DNA of 64,000 bases, taken from contig OZ024755.1 of assembly GCA_964016885.1 (NCBI GenBank), forward strand, positions 23,188,001 through 23,252,000, read 5' to 3'. The translations under genes and the position numbers were made by a program. Source of the DNA: Eledone cirrhosa (Eukaryota). The notes beneath the pieces are model-generated. The model ran no database searches. It was not told where the DNA came from and saw nothing but the letters and a program-made list of their open reading frames with translations. Positions within the stretch are counted from its first letter, which is position 1. Every line of letters begins with the position of its first letter. Below are positions 13,601 to 27,699 of the stretch, one piece after another.

Positions 13601-13935
13601 CAGTAAGACACCACCACATTGACTGTGGCTGGTGGCACTACAAGTACCAGTAAGACACCACCACATTGACTGTGGGTGGTGGCACTACAAGTACCAGTAA
13701 GACACCACCACATTGACTGTGGGTGGTGGCACTACAAGTACCAGTAAGACACCACCACATTGACTGTGGGTGGTGGCACTACAAGTACCAGTAAGACACC
13801 ACCACATTGACTGTGGCTGGTGGCACTACAAGTACCAGTAAGACACCACCACATTGACTGTGGGTGGTGGCACTACAAGTACCAGTAAGACACCACCACA
13901 TTGACTGTGGGTGGTGGCACTACAAGTACCAGTAA
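7644..13935. repeat. Tandem array of 134 x 47-bp units (GACACCACCACATTGACTGTGGGTGGTGGCACTACAAGTACCAGTAA)
   Basis: Period 47 (7644, 7691, ...); 6292 bp = 134x47 minus six 1-nt-deleted units; no unique spacers. Confidence 0.98.
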
Positions 13936-15084
13936 CAGCTGTAGCAGTTTAAACAGCAGCTACAACAAGAAGGCTGAAGAGGCTTGACGTTTCCAAGAGC
14001 CGCAAGAATACTTGAACAAGTCTATCCTTGAAGAGAAATTGACAGGCTTAAAAGTGACGAAGAACCGCCCCTAGCGATGAAAGGAGAACCGCATTAGTCG
14101 TCTCACAGAGCTCTTGGGGGGTAACGGCCAGAGAAACGGTGATGTATCGGTGCATGTTGGTTATGTATCGACGAGTAAAAAGGGTCACACGGGCTCAAGT
14201 CGAAAAGTATCTGATCAGAATATGGTGCGATACATTCTTCATTATTCACACCAAGTGACAAAGAATGGTGGATGTGAGATTGCTTTTGGAGAGAAAGGTT
14301 GCCGTCAGGAAAACTGACCCCGAATTAGAATAAAAGTCCTGATCTAGATAGAAGTTGGAAAGCTGGGGAAGATCTTTAAGAAGACAGACTTTCAGAACAA
14401 CACTCGACTGCACTTTATAGCGGAGAGTAGAAGGCGCAGATGATAAACATGTACTATAGTCCAACCTTTGGACTTTTTCCAATAACAATGGATTGTAGCA
14501 GCCTCAATAACAACAACAGTAACAGGAGTAACAGTGACAACAACAACAAAAGTGACATAAATGGCAACAGCAGCAGGAACTTTGACTGATATTAAGATCC
14601 CCGATAAGGAATGTTAAACAGAGGAGTGTCTTTTCCCCGAAACAATACTGACACAAAGGACACACCCATATACACACACACATGCACCAACCAGCCTATT
14701 CCTTTAACTCGTCAAGTTGTGAAAAGAAGGGGGAGATTGAATCATGTCAAACCGCAGGTAAGGGAAAGGGGAAGAAAGCGGTCATTGACCATCGTTCCGC
14801 TTCAATAAAAAATCTTCCTACTCGCTCCCCTACTACGTCAACTATAACATAAACAATAAAAACAACTAAAAGGTCATTCACATAACAACAACAAATGGCA
14901 CATAGAAAACGACAGGAAAAAGCACAACAACGTAACAAAAGCAAAAACCCCAAAACATATCAAACAGCAACAAAAAAAAACAGAACAAATAAAATAACTG
15001 CTACAAGACACAGAAAAACAAGTTCATTATTCTCTGAAAGGTTCCCTAAAGTTTCCCATTACATAAGCATTACAATCGGTAGAT

Positions 15085-15262
15085 TGGCAGTATCGGTAGA
15101 AAGTCGGACGCCATGCTTTCCAGCATAGTTATGTCCCTTTTCGATCTGAGTTCAAATCCCGCCGAGGTTAACTTTGCCTTTCATCCTTACGGGGTCGATA
15201 AAATAAAGTATCAGTAATGTACTGGGTAATTGCTGGCCTTGTGCTAAAAATTAGAAACAATT
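15085..15262 (+). mobile_element. tRNA-derived SINE with 15-bp TSD and extra 5' templated sequence
   Basis: SINE consensus; TSD attattctctgaaag at 15026-15040 and 15260-15274. Confidence 0.9.
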
Positions 15263-17899
15263 ATTCTCTGAAAGACGAGAATTGATAGAATATGTAATAG
15301 AAACCAGCAAATAGATAGAAGGGTACGGGTATGAACCTACTGCTTTCAAAATCGACAGTCGACAAACATCATATTAGCACCCTACCAGTATCTACAAACA
15401 CTTGCTGTTTAAATTTTCACATGGCGTGACGGATTTCGAAACGAAAGTGGCTTATGTAATGGGAAACTTTAGGGAACTTCTAAAAACCGGATTGCTCGCT
15501 TCATCAGTAAATGAACTCTTCTATTTATTTTCCGTTCGGCTGTGTGAATGCGCGTGACCTGAGCTCGGATTAGAAATAAGGTCACGTATTTAACGGGATT
15601 GTCGAGAAGTACGCATTCGCATTTCTTCTCGACAGCTATATTATATATATATATCAGGGGCGGTGGAACTGGGAGGGAAGGGCAGGTGTCATTCCCCCAA
15701 TAATTACAATTTTCTCCCCAAACTACCAAAACACACCTACTTGTATATGCTATATGCGCTACAATTTATGCATGTTATGTTTATCGCACATTGAAGGTTT
15801 TTTTATATCTTAGTTGATATTTGATAATAACAGCTAAACTAATCACTACAACTAAATTGACCAAATATACGACCCCTTTATTATTGAAAGGGTCCACCCA
15901 CAATAAAACTTGCCTTCGGTGGGGGCCCTAATTCGCTCGGATTAATTGAAAGCTTTTGATAGAGTAAACCATCGGAGAATGGAATCGGTCCTCAGTGTAG
16001 CCGCTTTCGTCCCCATTTTTTAATCGACCGACAAGATCCCAGACCTCATTCGCTTACCGAGTGGGGTGGAGCTCGTCAAGTCGGACCGAGAAAACAATGT
16101 TTCCATTACTGATACTGTCTACCGGTCACATTTCCTGGCAAAAAGAGCAACGATCCGGGAATCGAATTTGCAATCTCACGATTGCGAATTCAATTCTCTA
16201 ACCACTAAACCATGCACCTCCACTTAAATGTTTAAGTTGTTGTTAATAAGATGCTTTCCGATCATCATCGAATATCTTATCTTAATCACACCCTGGATCC
16301 GAACCAAGAACAGAACACCTTATTTCCTAACTAAGTATAGTTTCATTCTTATCTACTAGGTCACCAATGTATGTCTCAGTAACTTAAGGGTATTTTATAT
16401 CCTCGACACAAACAAGGCATATGAAAGATTCCTCGACATATTTCTCATTGCACTTGAGACAGTTTAGAAATGAAATATGGCTTGAAATGTTACAACTGAC
16501 AAACATGGATGACAAAAAGTTATATCTTCTCTAAAGAGATTTAAGTTATTTTAAGTTGAATGTCTTATACAATTACCATCTGACACTCCTGACTTCTACT
16601 TTAATACTACAGTCAATAAAACAAGGCAGTACTAATATAAAAAATATGCTATACTAAGAAAACAGACAGTCATCAACATAAATCAGATCTAGAAAACTAT
16701 AAACGATTCAAATAGAGAGTTCATGAAGCGCGCGTGAGATTGAAATTTCAAAATGAGTGTTTGCTGTCTAGCAAAAGAACCACTACTCGTGAATTATCAC
16801 TTTAAAACAGTTGTGAATTAATCTGGGGTCTAATCTCTTGAGGCGATTATCCACTTTTTTTTCCGTCTGATTTATTCACAACTATAAATGGAATTTATGT
16901 AAAAGCTATATCTTTTGATACTGCTTTATCCATAAATGAAAAACAGTGAAAGTGTTTGAATAATGTAGCGACGCAGTTAAACCAATACTTTATTTATGTT
17001 CAGGTATCATCTGAGCTTAGCAGGTTGAATATCATCGATCACTATCTTTGTCATTCTTCCATTGTTTATAAACATAGACTGCATTTTAATTTTGATATTA
17101 TCCATCCAGGTAATTCTTGGTTTTCTTCTTTCTCTCTCCCCACTCATCTTGCTTTTTATTAATACTCCATGGAAAATACTTTTTCTAATTTAATGCTCAA
17201 AATATTTTAGTTTTTTCTTTCCTTTTTTCCTTTATAAAATGTTTTTTTATTTTTTTTTTTTTTTTTTTAGACATTACCATTTTTAACATTTCAACTTAGA
17301 TTTTTATGTTCTGTTCATGATATTTCGAAAAATATCCAAATGACAACATTTAAAAGGCTTCTAATTTATTGGATCACTCTTGTGTTAATGTCCATTCCCC
17401 AGCTCCATATAGTAGACTGGAGGATGTGTAACATTTTAATACTAATGTTTCCTAACTGACTCCTTGGAAACTCAGCGGTTCCGTTAGAAACAACCACAAA
17501 ATGTTAAAGATCAGTATATTTTCCTTCTTCTTTCTTCTTCTTGCGGGGATAGAGTCCTCAAACACTCTCTCCAGCGGGTCTTGTCAGAAGCAACCGTCTC
17601 CAGTATGATATTTAAAATGATTTATAAGTTATATTGAATCCAATTCATGGCCTTCTCACCCATTGGAGGAACATCTCCCTGGTGTGATTCTTCTGATGAT
17701 TAGTTTTGCGTCTTCCGTAGCTATACCTATATCAATAGCTGGTTTTCGATAATCGCTTGCTTTGATCGATTTTTGCTTCGGTTTACGAACTACGAAACGG
17801 TACGTAAGGAAAATAAGAATCTTTCCACCTTCAAGTATGTAGTTTTCCTAAATATTATATGCTTTAAATGCATGTACTGTGTATTTCTCTAAGGGTATA

Positions 17900-18050
17900 T
17901 TTCTCTCTCGCTCTCTCTCGCTCTCTCTGTCGCGCTCTCGCTCTCTCTCTCTCTCGCTCTCTCTCGCTCTCTCTCTCGCTCTCTCTCGCTCTCTCTCTTT
18001 CTCGCTCTCTCTCTCTCTCTCTTTCTAATTCAATCTATAAATATACGTCT

Positions 18051-18120
<70 letters not shown>

Positions 18121-18208
18121 GTCTATATATGTATATATATAAATATACGTCTATATATATATATATATATAAATATACGTCTATATATATATATATATAT
18201 AAATATAC

Positions 18209-18255
<47 letters not shown>

Positions 18256-18258
18256 TAC

Positions 18259-18295
<37 letters not shown>

Positions 18296-18426
18296 TACGT
18301 CTATATATATATATATATATAAATATACGTCTATATATATATATATATATAAATATACGTCTATATATATATATATATATATAAATATACGTCTATATAT
18401 ATATATATATATATATATAAATATAC

Positions 18427-18480
<54 letters not shown>

Positions 18481-18524
18481 GTCTATATATATATATATAT
18501 ACGTCTATATTTATATATATACAC

Positions 18525-18580
<56 letters not shown>

Positions 18581-18717
18581 GTCTATATATATATATATAC
18601 ACGTCTATATATATATATAATATATATATATACGTCTATATATATATATATATATATATATAAATATACGTATATATATATTTATATATATAGATATACG
18701 TATATATATATTTATAT

Positions 18718-18766
<49 letters not shown>

Positions 18767-18774
18767 AATATATT

Positions 18775-18826
<52 letters not shown>

Positions 18827-18863
18827 TACGTATATATATATATATATATATATATAAATATAC

Positions 18864-18898
<35 letters not shown>

Positions 18899-18901
18899 TA
18901 C

Positions 18902-18946
<45 letters not shown>

Positions 18947-18949
18947 TAC

Positions 18950-18990
<41 letters not shown>

Positions 18991-18993
18991 TAC

Positions 18994-19030
<37 letters not shown>

Positions 19031-19033
19031 TAC

Positions 19034-19086
<53 letters not shown>

Positions 19087-19157
19087 TACGTATATATATA
19101 TATATATATATATATAAATATACGTATATATATATATATATATATATATAAATATAC

Positions 19158-19200
<43 letters not shown>

Positions 19201-19237
19201 TACGTATATATATATATATATATATATATAAATATAC

Positions 19238-19282
<45 letters not shown>

Positions 19283-19702
19283 TACGTATATATATATATA
19301 TATATAAAAATACGTATATATATATATAAATATACGTATATATATATATAAATATACGTATATATATATTTATATATATATATAAATATACGTATATATA
19401 TATTTATATATATATATAAATATACGTATATATATATTTATATATATATATAAATATACGTATATATATATTTATATATATATATAAATATACGTATATA
19501 TATATTTATATATATATATAAATATACGTATATATATATTTATATATATATATAAAAATACGTATATATATTTATATATATATATAAATATACGTATATA
19601 TATATTTATATATATATATAAATATACGTATATATATATTTATATATATATATAAAAATACGTATATATATTTATATATATATATAAATATACGTATATA
19701 TA

Positions 19703-19739
<37 letters not shown>

Positions 19740-19780
19740 GTATATATATATATATTTATATATATATATATACGTATATA
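17900..19780. repeat. (CT)n tract followed by a (TA)n array with periodic AAATATACG interruptions
   Basis: Direct observation. Confidence 0.97.
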
Positions 19781-19926
19781 TTTTGAGTTTATGTTGGTTG
19801 TATACCAACACATCAGTATGCAGGCTGGAGCACTCGACGAAGTGCGCAGGTTGGTTTGGTTACTCCGTAGTAGTGTAAAATAAAGTTAAATAAAAGTCAA
19901 ATGATTAAAAATTAACTTCGTTTATT

Positions 19927-19981
19927 ACTGCTATATATATTTCAGTGACAGCCATCTTTGGCTGTGACCTCTTCAGGCAGT
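19927..19981 (-). ncRNA. Minimal type-I hammerhead ribozyme inside a fold-back PLE terminal fragment (19876-20159)
   Basis: Minus strand: ACTGC CTGAAGA ggtcacagcca-aaga-tggctgtcact GAAA tatata TA GCAGT. Canonical core, perfect 5-bp stem I. Confidence 0.82.
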
Positions 19982-20159
19982 TTGAATTAGTGTGGTATAG
20001 ACAAGTACATATGTTGTTTAGGTGTATAATATTGTCAATACTCTGATATGCCCAGTTCCTTGTTAGGTCACAGCCAAAGATGGCTGTCACTGAAATATAT
20101 ATAGCAGTAATAAACGAAGCTAAATTTTAATCATTTGACTTTTATTTAACTTTATTTTA

Positions 20160-21262
<1,103 letters not shown>

Positions 21263-21543
21263 CTAAAATGAATAAAGTTGTGTCTGAGAAAATTGCAGAC
21301 ATGCGCCATATCGCCTGCAAAGGAAGCTCAAAGAAAAAAATTCAAAATAAAATTTCCGAGCTCTTATTATAAATTCAAAAACGAATGACATATCAAATAT
21401 ATCAAACAATAAGACAGGAGATAATTTACAAATAATGTAAGAAGATATAATTTCAAATGAACGGTATATTGAAATTTAAACGGAAATACCGGGCATTAAA
21501 TAACAATTTTACTCTTTCGTACATAATTTCTTTATGGCTTCAG

Positions 21544-21834
21544 AAACATGTTTCACCTTTGAAATGGTAAAGTTCAATAGTCAATTAGCATAATCGGCGA
21601 GAGAGAACCAACTATATTAATTTACACCTCTAAAGCAAATCAAAGGATTGCCGAAAACGCGCATGTAGTTTCGAAAAAACTACTGCGCTTCAGTATTGTC
21701 CATGTGACGTGAATAGGCATATTGAAAGCTATCCTTAGATTTGCTTTAGAGGTGTAAATTCTTTTGTTGGTTTTCTCTCGCCAATCATCCTTATTGATTA
21801 TTGAACTTCAACATTTCAAAGGTGAAACATGTTT
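21544..21834. mobile_element. MITE-like element with long (~105 bp) diverged inverted arms
   Basis: aaacatgtttcacctttgaaatg...aatttacacctctaaagcaaatc is mirrored by gatttgctttagaggtgtaaatt...catttcaaaggtgaaacatgttt. Confidence 0.7.
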
Positions 21835-22159
21835 ACAAATTTCAAACTGAGCCTTCGTTGCTTGTGCATAGCTTTCATATTTATATTGGTAATTCTTTAA
21901 TAACTGGACAAAATCCAAACAAGGATTAATTAACTCAAGTTGCAAACTTAATCCAACTATCAGTATGCTTCTGCTTTAGTTTTATTTTATTTTATTTTAT
22001 CACTATTTCCAGCTTAATGCTAAATAATCTGCAGCTAAGCTCTGCTTTTGCTTAATTCCTGCAGACTGCAACAGCATTCATTCTTATACTTATCTAGTTG
22101 AAAAATGTCATCACTAGTTGGAAAAGATAGCATCTGCTGGATACGTGATGCATTTTACT

Positions 22160-22755
22160 TTGCTTAACATGTGTGATGAGCACGTGTGGTATTTTGCTGT
22201 TTTTAACATGTGTGGTAAGAACAAGTGGTATTTTGCTGTGTTTAACATGTGTGGTGAGGACCTGTGGTATTTCTCAGTCTTTAACGTGTTATAAGTGAGA
22301 ACATGAGGTATTTCGCTGTGTTTAACATGTGGTGAGGACGTGTGCTATTTTGCTGTGTTTAACATGTTATGAGAACATGTGGTATTTCGCTGTGTTTAAC
22401 ATGTGGTGAGGACGTGTGGTATTTTTCTGTGTTTAACATGTGTGGTGGGGACATGTGGTCTTTCTCTATGTTTAACATGTGTGGTGAGGACGTGTGGTAT
22501 TTTGCTGTGTATAACATGTTATAAGTGAGAACATGTGGTATGTTACAGTGTTTAACATGTGTGGGGACATGTGGTATTTTTGTGTTTAACATGTTATAAG
22601 TGAGAACAAGTGGTATTTCGCTGTTTAACATATGATGGGGACGTGTGGTATTTTGCTGTGCTTAACATGTGTGGTAAGGATGTGTGGTATTTTGTTGTGT
22701 TTAACATGTATGGTGAGAACTTTTGGTATTTTTCTGTGTTTAACATGTGTGTTGA
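22160..22755. repeat. Degenerate ~37-42 bp minisatellite (tttaacatgtgtggtgaggacgtgtggtattttgctgtg)
   Basis: About 15 diverged units, including an interspersed gttataagtgagaac variant. Confidence 0.9.
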
Positions 22756-23051
22756 ACGCATCAGGTATCTTTGGTTATTGAATCAGATTGAGATGTCATT
22801 TCCGTATTGTAAGATGTTTCCCAGATCTGCGTTCGAAGTGGCGTTAAGTCTTAAGACTTAGTTCTTAACACTTGGGTATTAAGATGTGCACAGTTGCATG
22901 AACTGCCAATTTCCCAAATATAGCAGTTCTATGCTGTCGTCTCACCTGACCCCCTAAAGTAGAGGAAGACCACTGTGTGAGAAAAGACGTTATGGTGAGT
23001 AAATTCAAGAAGTGGCATTCCCCTCAATATAGAACTCAACCAGTAACGTGC

Positions 23052-23094
<43 letters not shown>

Positions 23095-23928
23095 GAGACA
23101 TATATATATATTCATGCATGCAAGGGCTGACTTATAACCTTTCACATGAGTCAAGTCAGTTGAAGCTGGGAGTAAATATTACACAGTTTACGAAAGTCAC
23201 CGAATTTATTTCAGCGACATCTGACCGTGACCCACTCAATCAATGTGACAACAAGCTTACGGTTGTGAAACTGCAGGGGCAGCTACTGTACTTGGTTCAT
23301 TAAATCTGAGGCTAAGTATAGCTATATGCACTTTCTTATGAAAATAAAGATGTATTTCAGCGTGTTAATATTTGAATAAAACACATTTTCAATAATCTTA
23401 ATAACATGGTCACAATAGAAAGACGAAGAGAAGCTGCGAGAGAACGATTTAAAGACAGGAAAAGATTAGGAGAAAAAACATTCCATATTTTAAATCAATT
23501 CTGGGTGCGAATACGAGAAAGGTATTCAAGCGTGAATGAAGAATACAAGCAATATAATAAATGCCATATCATAAATTAAATTTAAAGTGTTGACGTAATA
23601 GTTATGTTGTTAAATAACACGCCCATTTAACGTGGATTATGTAACGTGACATACTAACCTTTAAAATACTTGCATAAAAGCAGAGTTGATTATACTGAAT
23701 CAAGATCAAAGATTTTCTTTGAAAGCAACGTTTTTGCATTGGCCCCTAAAGTACTACTGAGGGGTCCACTTGTCATCTAGCAAGCTCATGACCTAGCCAA
23801 TCTGCCACTGAGTGTATATATATATATATATATATACATATATATATCAAAGAGGGTGTGGTAAGGTACCAGGTGGACTATTAGGCACCGAAACGGCCGG
23901 AGCCCAGCAGTCGAGTCCTAACTCTTTT

Positions 23929-23980
<52 letters not shown>

Positions 23981-23985
<5 letters not shown>

Positions 23986-24187
23986 AACGAGTAGGACCCC
24001 GACGGCTGAGCTCAAGCCGTTTCTACGGCTAATTCTGGACTAAAAAATTTAGTCCAGAATTAGCCGTCGAAACGGCTTGAGCTCAGCCGTCGGGGTCCTA
24101 CTCGTTCCTATTACCCACTCTGCTACCTTAAGTATTGAGTACTTTGGTGCGTTATGGTCCACCTGGTTCCTTACCACATTTCCTCCG

Positions 24188-24189
<2 letters not shown>
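23981..24189 (+). mobile_element. Short HHR-bearing non-autonomous element (family B) with 5' fold-back, inserted in (TA)n
   Basis: Palindrome 23981-24111; contains GAAA CGGCT-tgagctc-AGCCG TC GGGGT. Same family at 23849-23929, 29293-29486, 55557-55668, 59641-59766 and 59827-59972. Confidence 0.8.
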
Positions 24190-24233
<44 letters not shown>

Positions 24234-24424
24234 ATTGTTATACTTGGGGAGGGTCATATTGTTGTAATATTTGTTTCTACTTTTGGTACTAGGCCAGCAA
24301 TTATCCCAGTAATAATATTGCCAGAAATAATAACAGAACACACTCACTGTTTGTTGGTTTTCGCTTCTGAATCTTTTATAGCTCCATAGTTAATTTATTT
24401 GGCAATCAATGTTTATCATTGACT

Positions 24425-25110
24425 GACCAATGGTTTATCTGGGGGTTCACTTTACATATAACACATTTCTTATTAGTACAGTGGGTTTTCTTAAAGGGGT
24501 ATGTTTTGCTGATCAGGGATTTTATGGTAGTTCCTGGCTTTTCTACCACTTTAATCTTTAAGTGGGTCTTTCTTAGGGCCTTTTTACATTGCTACATTAG
24601 CTAATTTCCCCCCCAGGGGTAGCATCCACGAACATGACACTCTGGTATCTCTGGTTGTCGTACCATGAAGTGGCTTTCCCTATATTATGTTTAGTCCTAT
24701 CTAAGCTGTTCCATGATTTTCTCCTGTATAATGGGCAAATTCCTTTCATGTCCCGTTCTATGAGGGTCTTATACTTCTCCGTGGCTCCGTTGTATACTCT
24801 GATTCTGTCTCTTTGGTTGTAGCCAGAGAACTGCTTGCGGTTGATGAAATGTTGGATGTGTCTTTCCATTTCTGTTGGGTCGCACATGCGGGAAATGTTT
24901 TTCATCACTCGTACCAAGTCTGCGATCAGAGTATTAAACTTAGCACTACTGGACATTGCTGAGTTTTTGAGTATCAGGTATTTGGAGGTCATGGGTTTAG
25001 CATAGTGTGAGTGGAGAATTTGGGCCCTCTCGTCTATAGTGTTAATCCAGAGTTCCGTGTCTAATACAGGTAGTCTATTGTTAGGGTGTTTGGAAGGGTA
25101 GTCAACAGTT
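24425..25110 (-). mobile_element. Inverted PLE segment: RT C-terminus/thumb + Cys linker (pseudogenised)
   Basis: VTVDYPSKHPNNRLPVLDTELW...KPMTSK...QFSGY...PLYR...SVMFVDATPGGE, then RKTHLKIKVVEKPGTTIKSL...HCTNKKCVIC. Confidence 0.8.
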
Positions 25111-25129
25111 ACATATATATATATATATA

Positions 25130-25851
25130 TAAGAAAGACCCACTTAAAGATTAAAGGGGTAGAAAATCCAGGAACTACCATAAAATCCCTGATCAGCAAA
25201 ACATACCCCTTTAAGAAAACCCACTGTTAAACTAGAAATGTAGTCTATAGCATAAGATGTACAGAGGGTACTTGCAGAAACATGACATACATAGGTGAGA
25301 CAGCTCGAAGGCATAGGAGAAAGAATAGGCCAACACGGGGGGGGGGGATTAAAAGGACAAAATAACGGTTCAGTACTATACGAATACGCCAGACAAAAAC
25401 ATGAGGGTAACATAGACAAAATAGAAATGACCCAACAGGTAGGCAAATCAGAGAAGCGAGCGAAATAGCTTAGAAAGCCAAAGTTAGACAGAAAAATGAA
25501 TGGAATAACAACAACCACACCCAAACAAACAATACTGATTTAAGAGAAATATAAATAAATAAATATATACACAAGTAAAATAACAATAAACACATATAAA
25601 CACACACTAATAAACAAAGATAGAATACAAAAATCAAAACACATACACCAAACATTATACACACACGCAAAAGCATGCGCAGAGACGGAGACAAAAATAA
25701 ATAAATAAATAAAATAAAAATGGCATAAACACTACAATACAACACAATAGGAGGAAACATGATAATAGTACCACTGATGATGTTGCAGATGTTCAACGAA
25801 AGAACTTTGTTAGACTGTTGGCTTCTTGCTACAATAATTTCTATACTTTTC

Positions 25852-25911
<60 letters not shown>

Positions 25912-26066
25912 TTATATCTGTATTTTTAACCGTTGGTCAGTCAATGATAAATTAACTATGGAGATATAAAAGATGCAGAAGCGAAAACCAACCAAACAGT
26001 GAGTGTGTTCTGTTATTATTTCTGGCAATATTATTACAACAATATGACCCTTCCCAAGTATAACAA
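25130..26066 (+). mobile_element. PLE 3' end: linker, frameshifted GIY-YIG and terminal repeat with HHR-like core and TATA-like segment
   Basis: RNVVYSIRCTEGTCRNMTYIGETAR/IGERIGQH...SVLYE...RQIREA...KNEWN; CTGATGA 25774-25780...GAAA 25798-25801; terminal segment shared with 24236-24430 (inverted), 33690-33851 and 57175-57239. Confidence 0.8.
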
Positions 26067-26128
26067 TATTTGTTTCGACACACGATTTTGTATCAGAAAC
26101 CTCGCATGACATATATATATATATATAC

Positions 26129-26301
26129 ACAGGTAAAATTCCGTTATAACGAATACCATTATAAAAAATGTTTCAGTATAACGAAAATTTGTTCAATTCG
26201 CGGCCACACACTTGATGTGTTAAGTCGATCTTGTTATAAAGAATTTTTCGTTACAACGATTTTTTTTCATACCCCATGAATTTCGTTACCGGAATTTCAC
26301 T
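26129..26301. mobile_element. Tc1/pogo-type MITE
   Basis: Ends caggtaaaattccgttataacgaa / ttcgttaccggaatttcact in a TA context; internal cgttata-type subrepeats. Confidence 0.65.
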
Positions 26302-26739
26302 ATATATATATATTCATTTATATTGTTTGACCCGTTTAGCTTGCTTCGTTTTTTGGGGGGGGCTTAGGTGGTTGATAGCTTCTTAACCGCCGTCTCGGTT
26401 TGTATGGCCTTTATAACATATGTTTATTGCTCTGGTTTCTTTTGGTCCACGGAGCACTTGCCAACACAAATCGGAATTGCGTTTCGCTTATTTCTACCCG
26501 CCGAAATACGATTCTCGCTGAATTTATATTTATATATATAATGTATGTGTGTGTTTAAAAGCATTAATATTAATAATAATTTGTGTAGGTTTCCTATATC
26601 TTTCTACGTGAAATTCTTACTGCTGCCTCTAAACTAATTTCACTTTGCTTCCTCGCCTTTCACATTCCTGTCTGTTGTCTTTTTTTTTTTTTAATCTCAC
26701 TCTCAACAAATATTATTCTAACTATTATAGGAAATAATA

Positions 26740-26930
26740 ATAATAATTGTTTCTACGTTTGGCACAAGGCCATAAATTACCCAGTACATTACTGGTACTT
26801 TATTTTATCGACCCCGTAAGGATGAAAGGCAAAGTTAACCTCGGCGGGATTTGAACTCAGACTGGCAAGGGCCGTAACTCTATACGTCAAAGCATAGCGT
26901 CCGACCCTCTACCGATACTGCCAATCCACC
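26740..26930 (-). mobile_element. tRNA-derived SINE
   Basis: Matches the reference copy 5730-5920. Confidence 0.9.
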
Positions 26931-27197
26931 ATTACTAATATGATGAAGTAATGTTTTTTACATCAATCTCGTACAACTTTGTACGTTAAAACCATTTCAT
27001 ATATACAGTCTTCGTTAGATTCTTGCCTTACGTCCAATATTTGATATGGAATCTATTTTTATTATTTGAATTTGTTAAAATGTATTCATTTTTATATTTC
27101 CTGAAATATGCAGTTGTTATATGTATTATTTCTTGTGGAAATAATTGCTGATTAACTTTCTCCGATTGACTTCATGTTTACATATGTATGAACTAAG

Positions 27198-27362
27198 AGG
27201 GTCGGACGCCATGCTTAGCAGCAAAGAGTTACAGTCCATTATGGTCTGAGTTCAGATCCCACCGAGGTTAACTTTGCCTTTCATCCTTAGGGGGTCGATA
27301 AAATAAAGCTATTATAACTAACTATAATTGCTGGCCTAGTGCCAAAAGTAGAAAGAATTATT
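27198..27362 (+). mobile_element. tRNA-derived SINE, 5' truncated
   Basis: Matches the reference copy. Confidence 0.85.
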
Positions 27363-27627
27363 ATTTAATAAACTGCGTATTGGGGCCTGTGCCTATGGTA
27401 TTATAACAATACCTGAATAGAAATGTACGTAGAAGTTAAAGAACCTTAGTTTTTCATCATTTTAAATATTAATGCCCTGCTAACAGTACTGTACTCAACG
27501 ACAAGAACTTTAACTTTCGAAGAATATTTTGTCCGTTTTGAATTCCTTAAGACTTGAGAATATTTCGTGTGCATTGAGCTTCTCTCATCTTACCAAAAGT
27601 AATAGTGGAATACTCCATTATAACCAG

Positions 27628-27695
<68 letters not shown>

Positions 27696-27699
<4 letters not shown>

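Noticed and set aside
7644-13935. CRISPR array
   Set aside because: Units are contiguous and near-identical with no unique spacers, no cas genes are present, and the context is eukaryotic.
13975-14490. LINE ORF1 remnant
   Set aside because: Composition is suggestive, but no motif could be confirmed.
15420-15512. Minus-strand CTGATGA...GAAA..GTC hammerhead
   Set aside because: Stem I does not pair and stem II is poor.
16990-17840. Plus-strand mini-exons (17004-17109 and ~17739-17834)
   Set aside because: AG/GT boundaries exist, but the peptides are short and unrecognised, and not distinguishable from chance.
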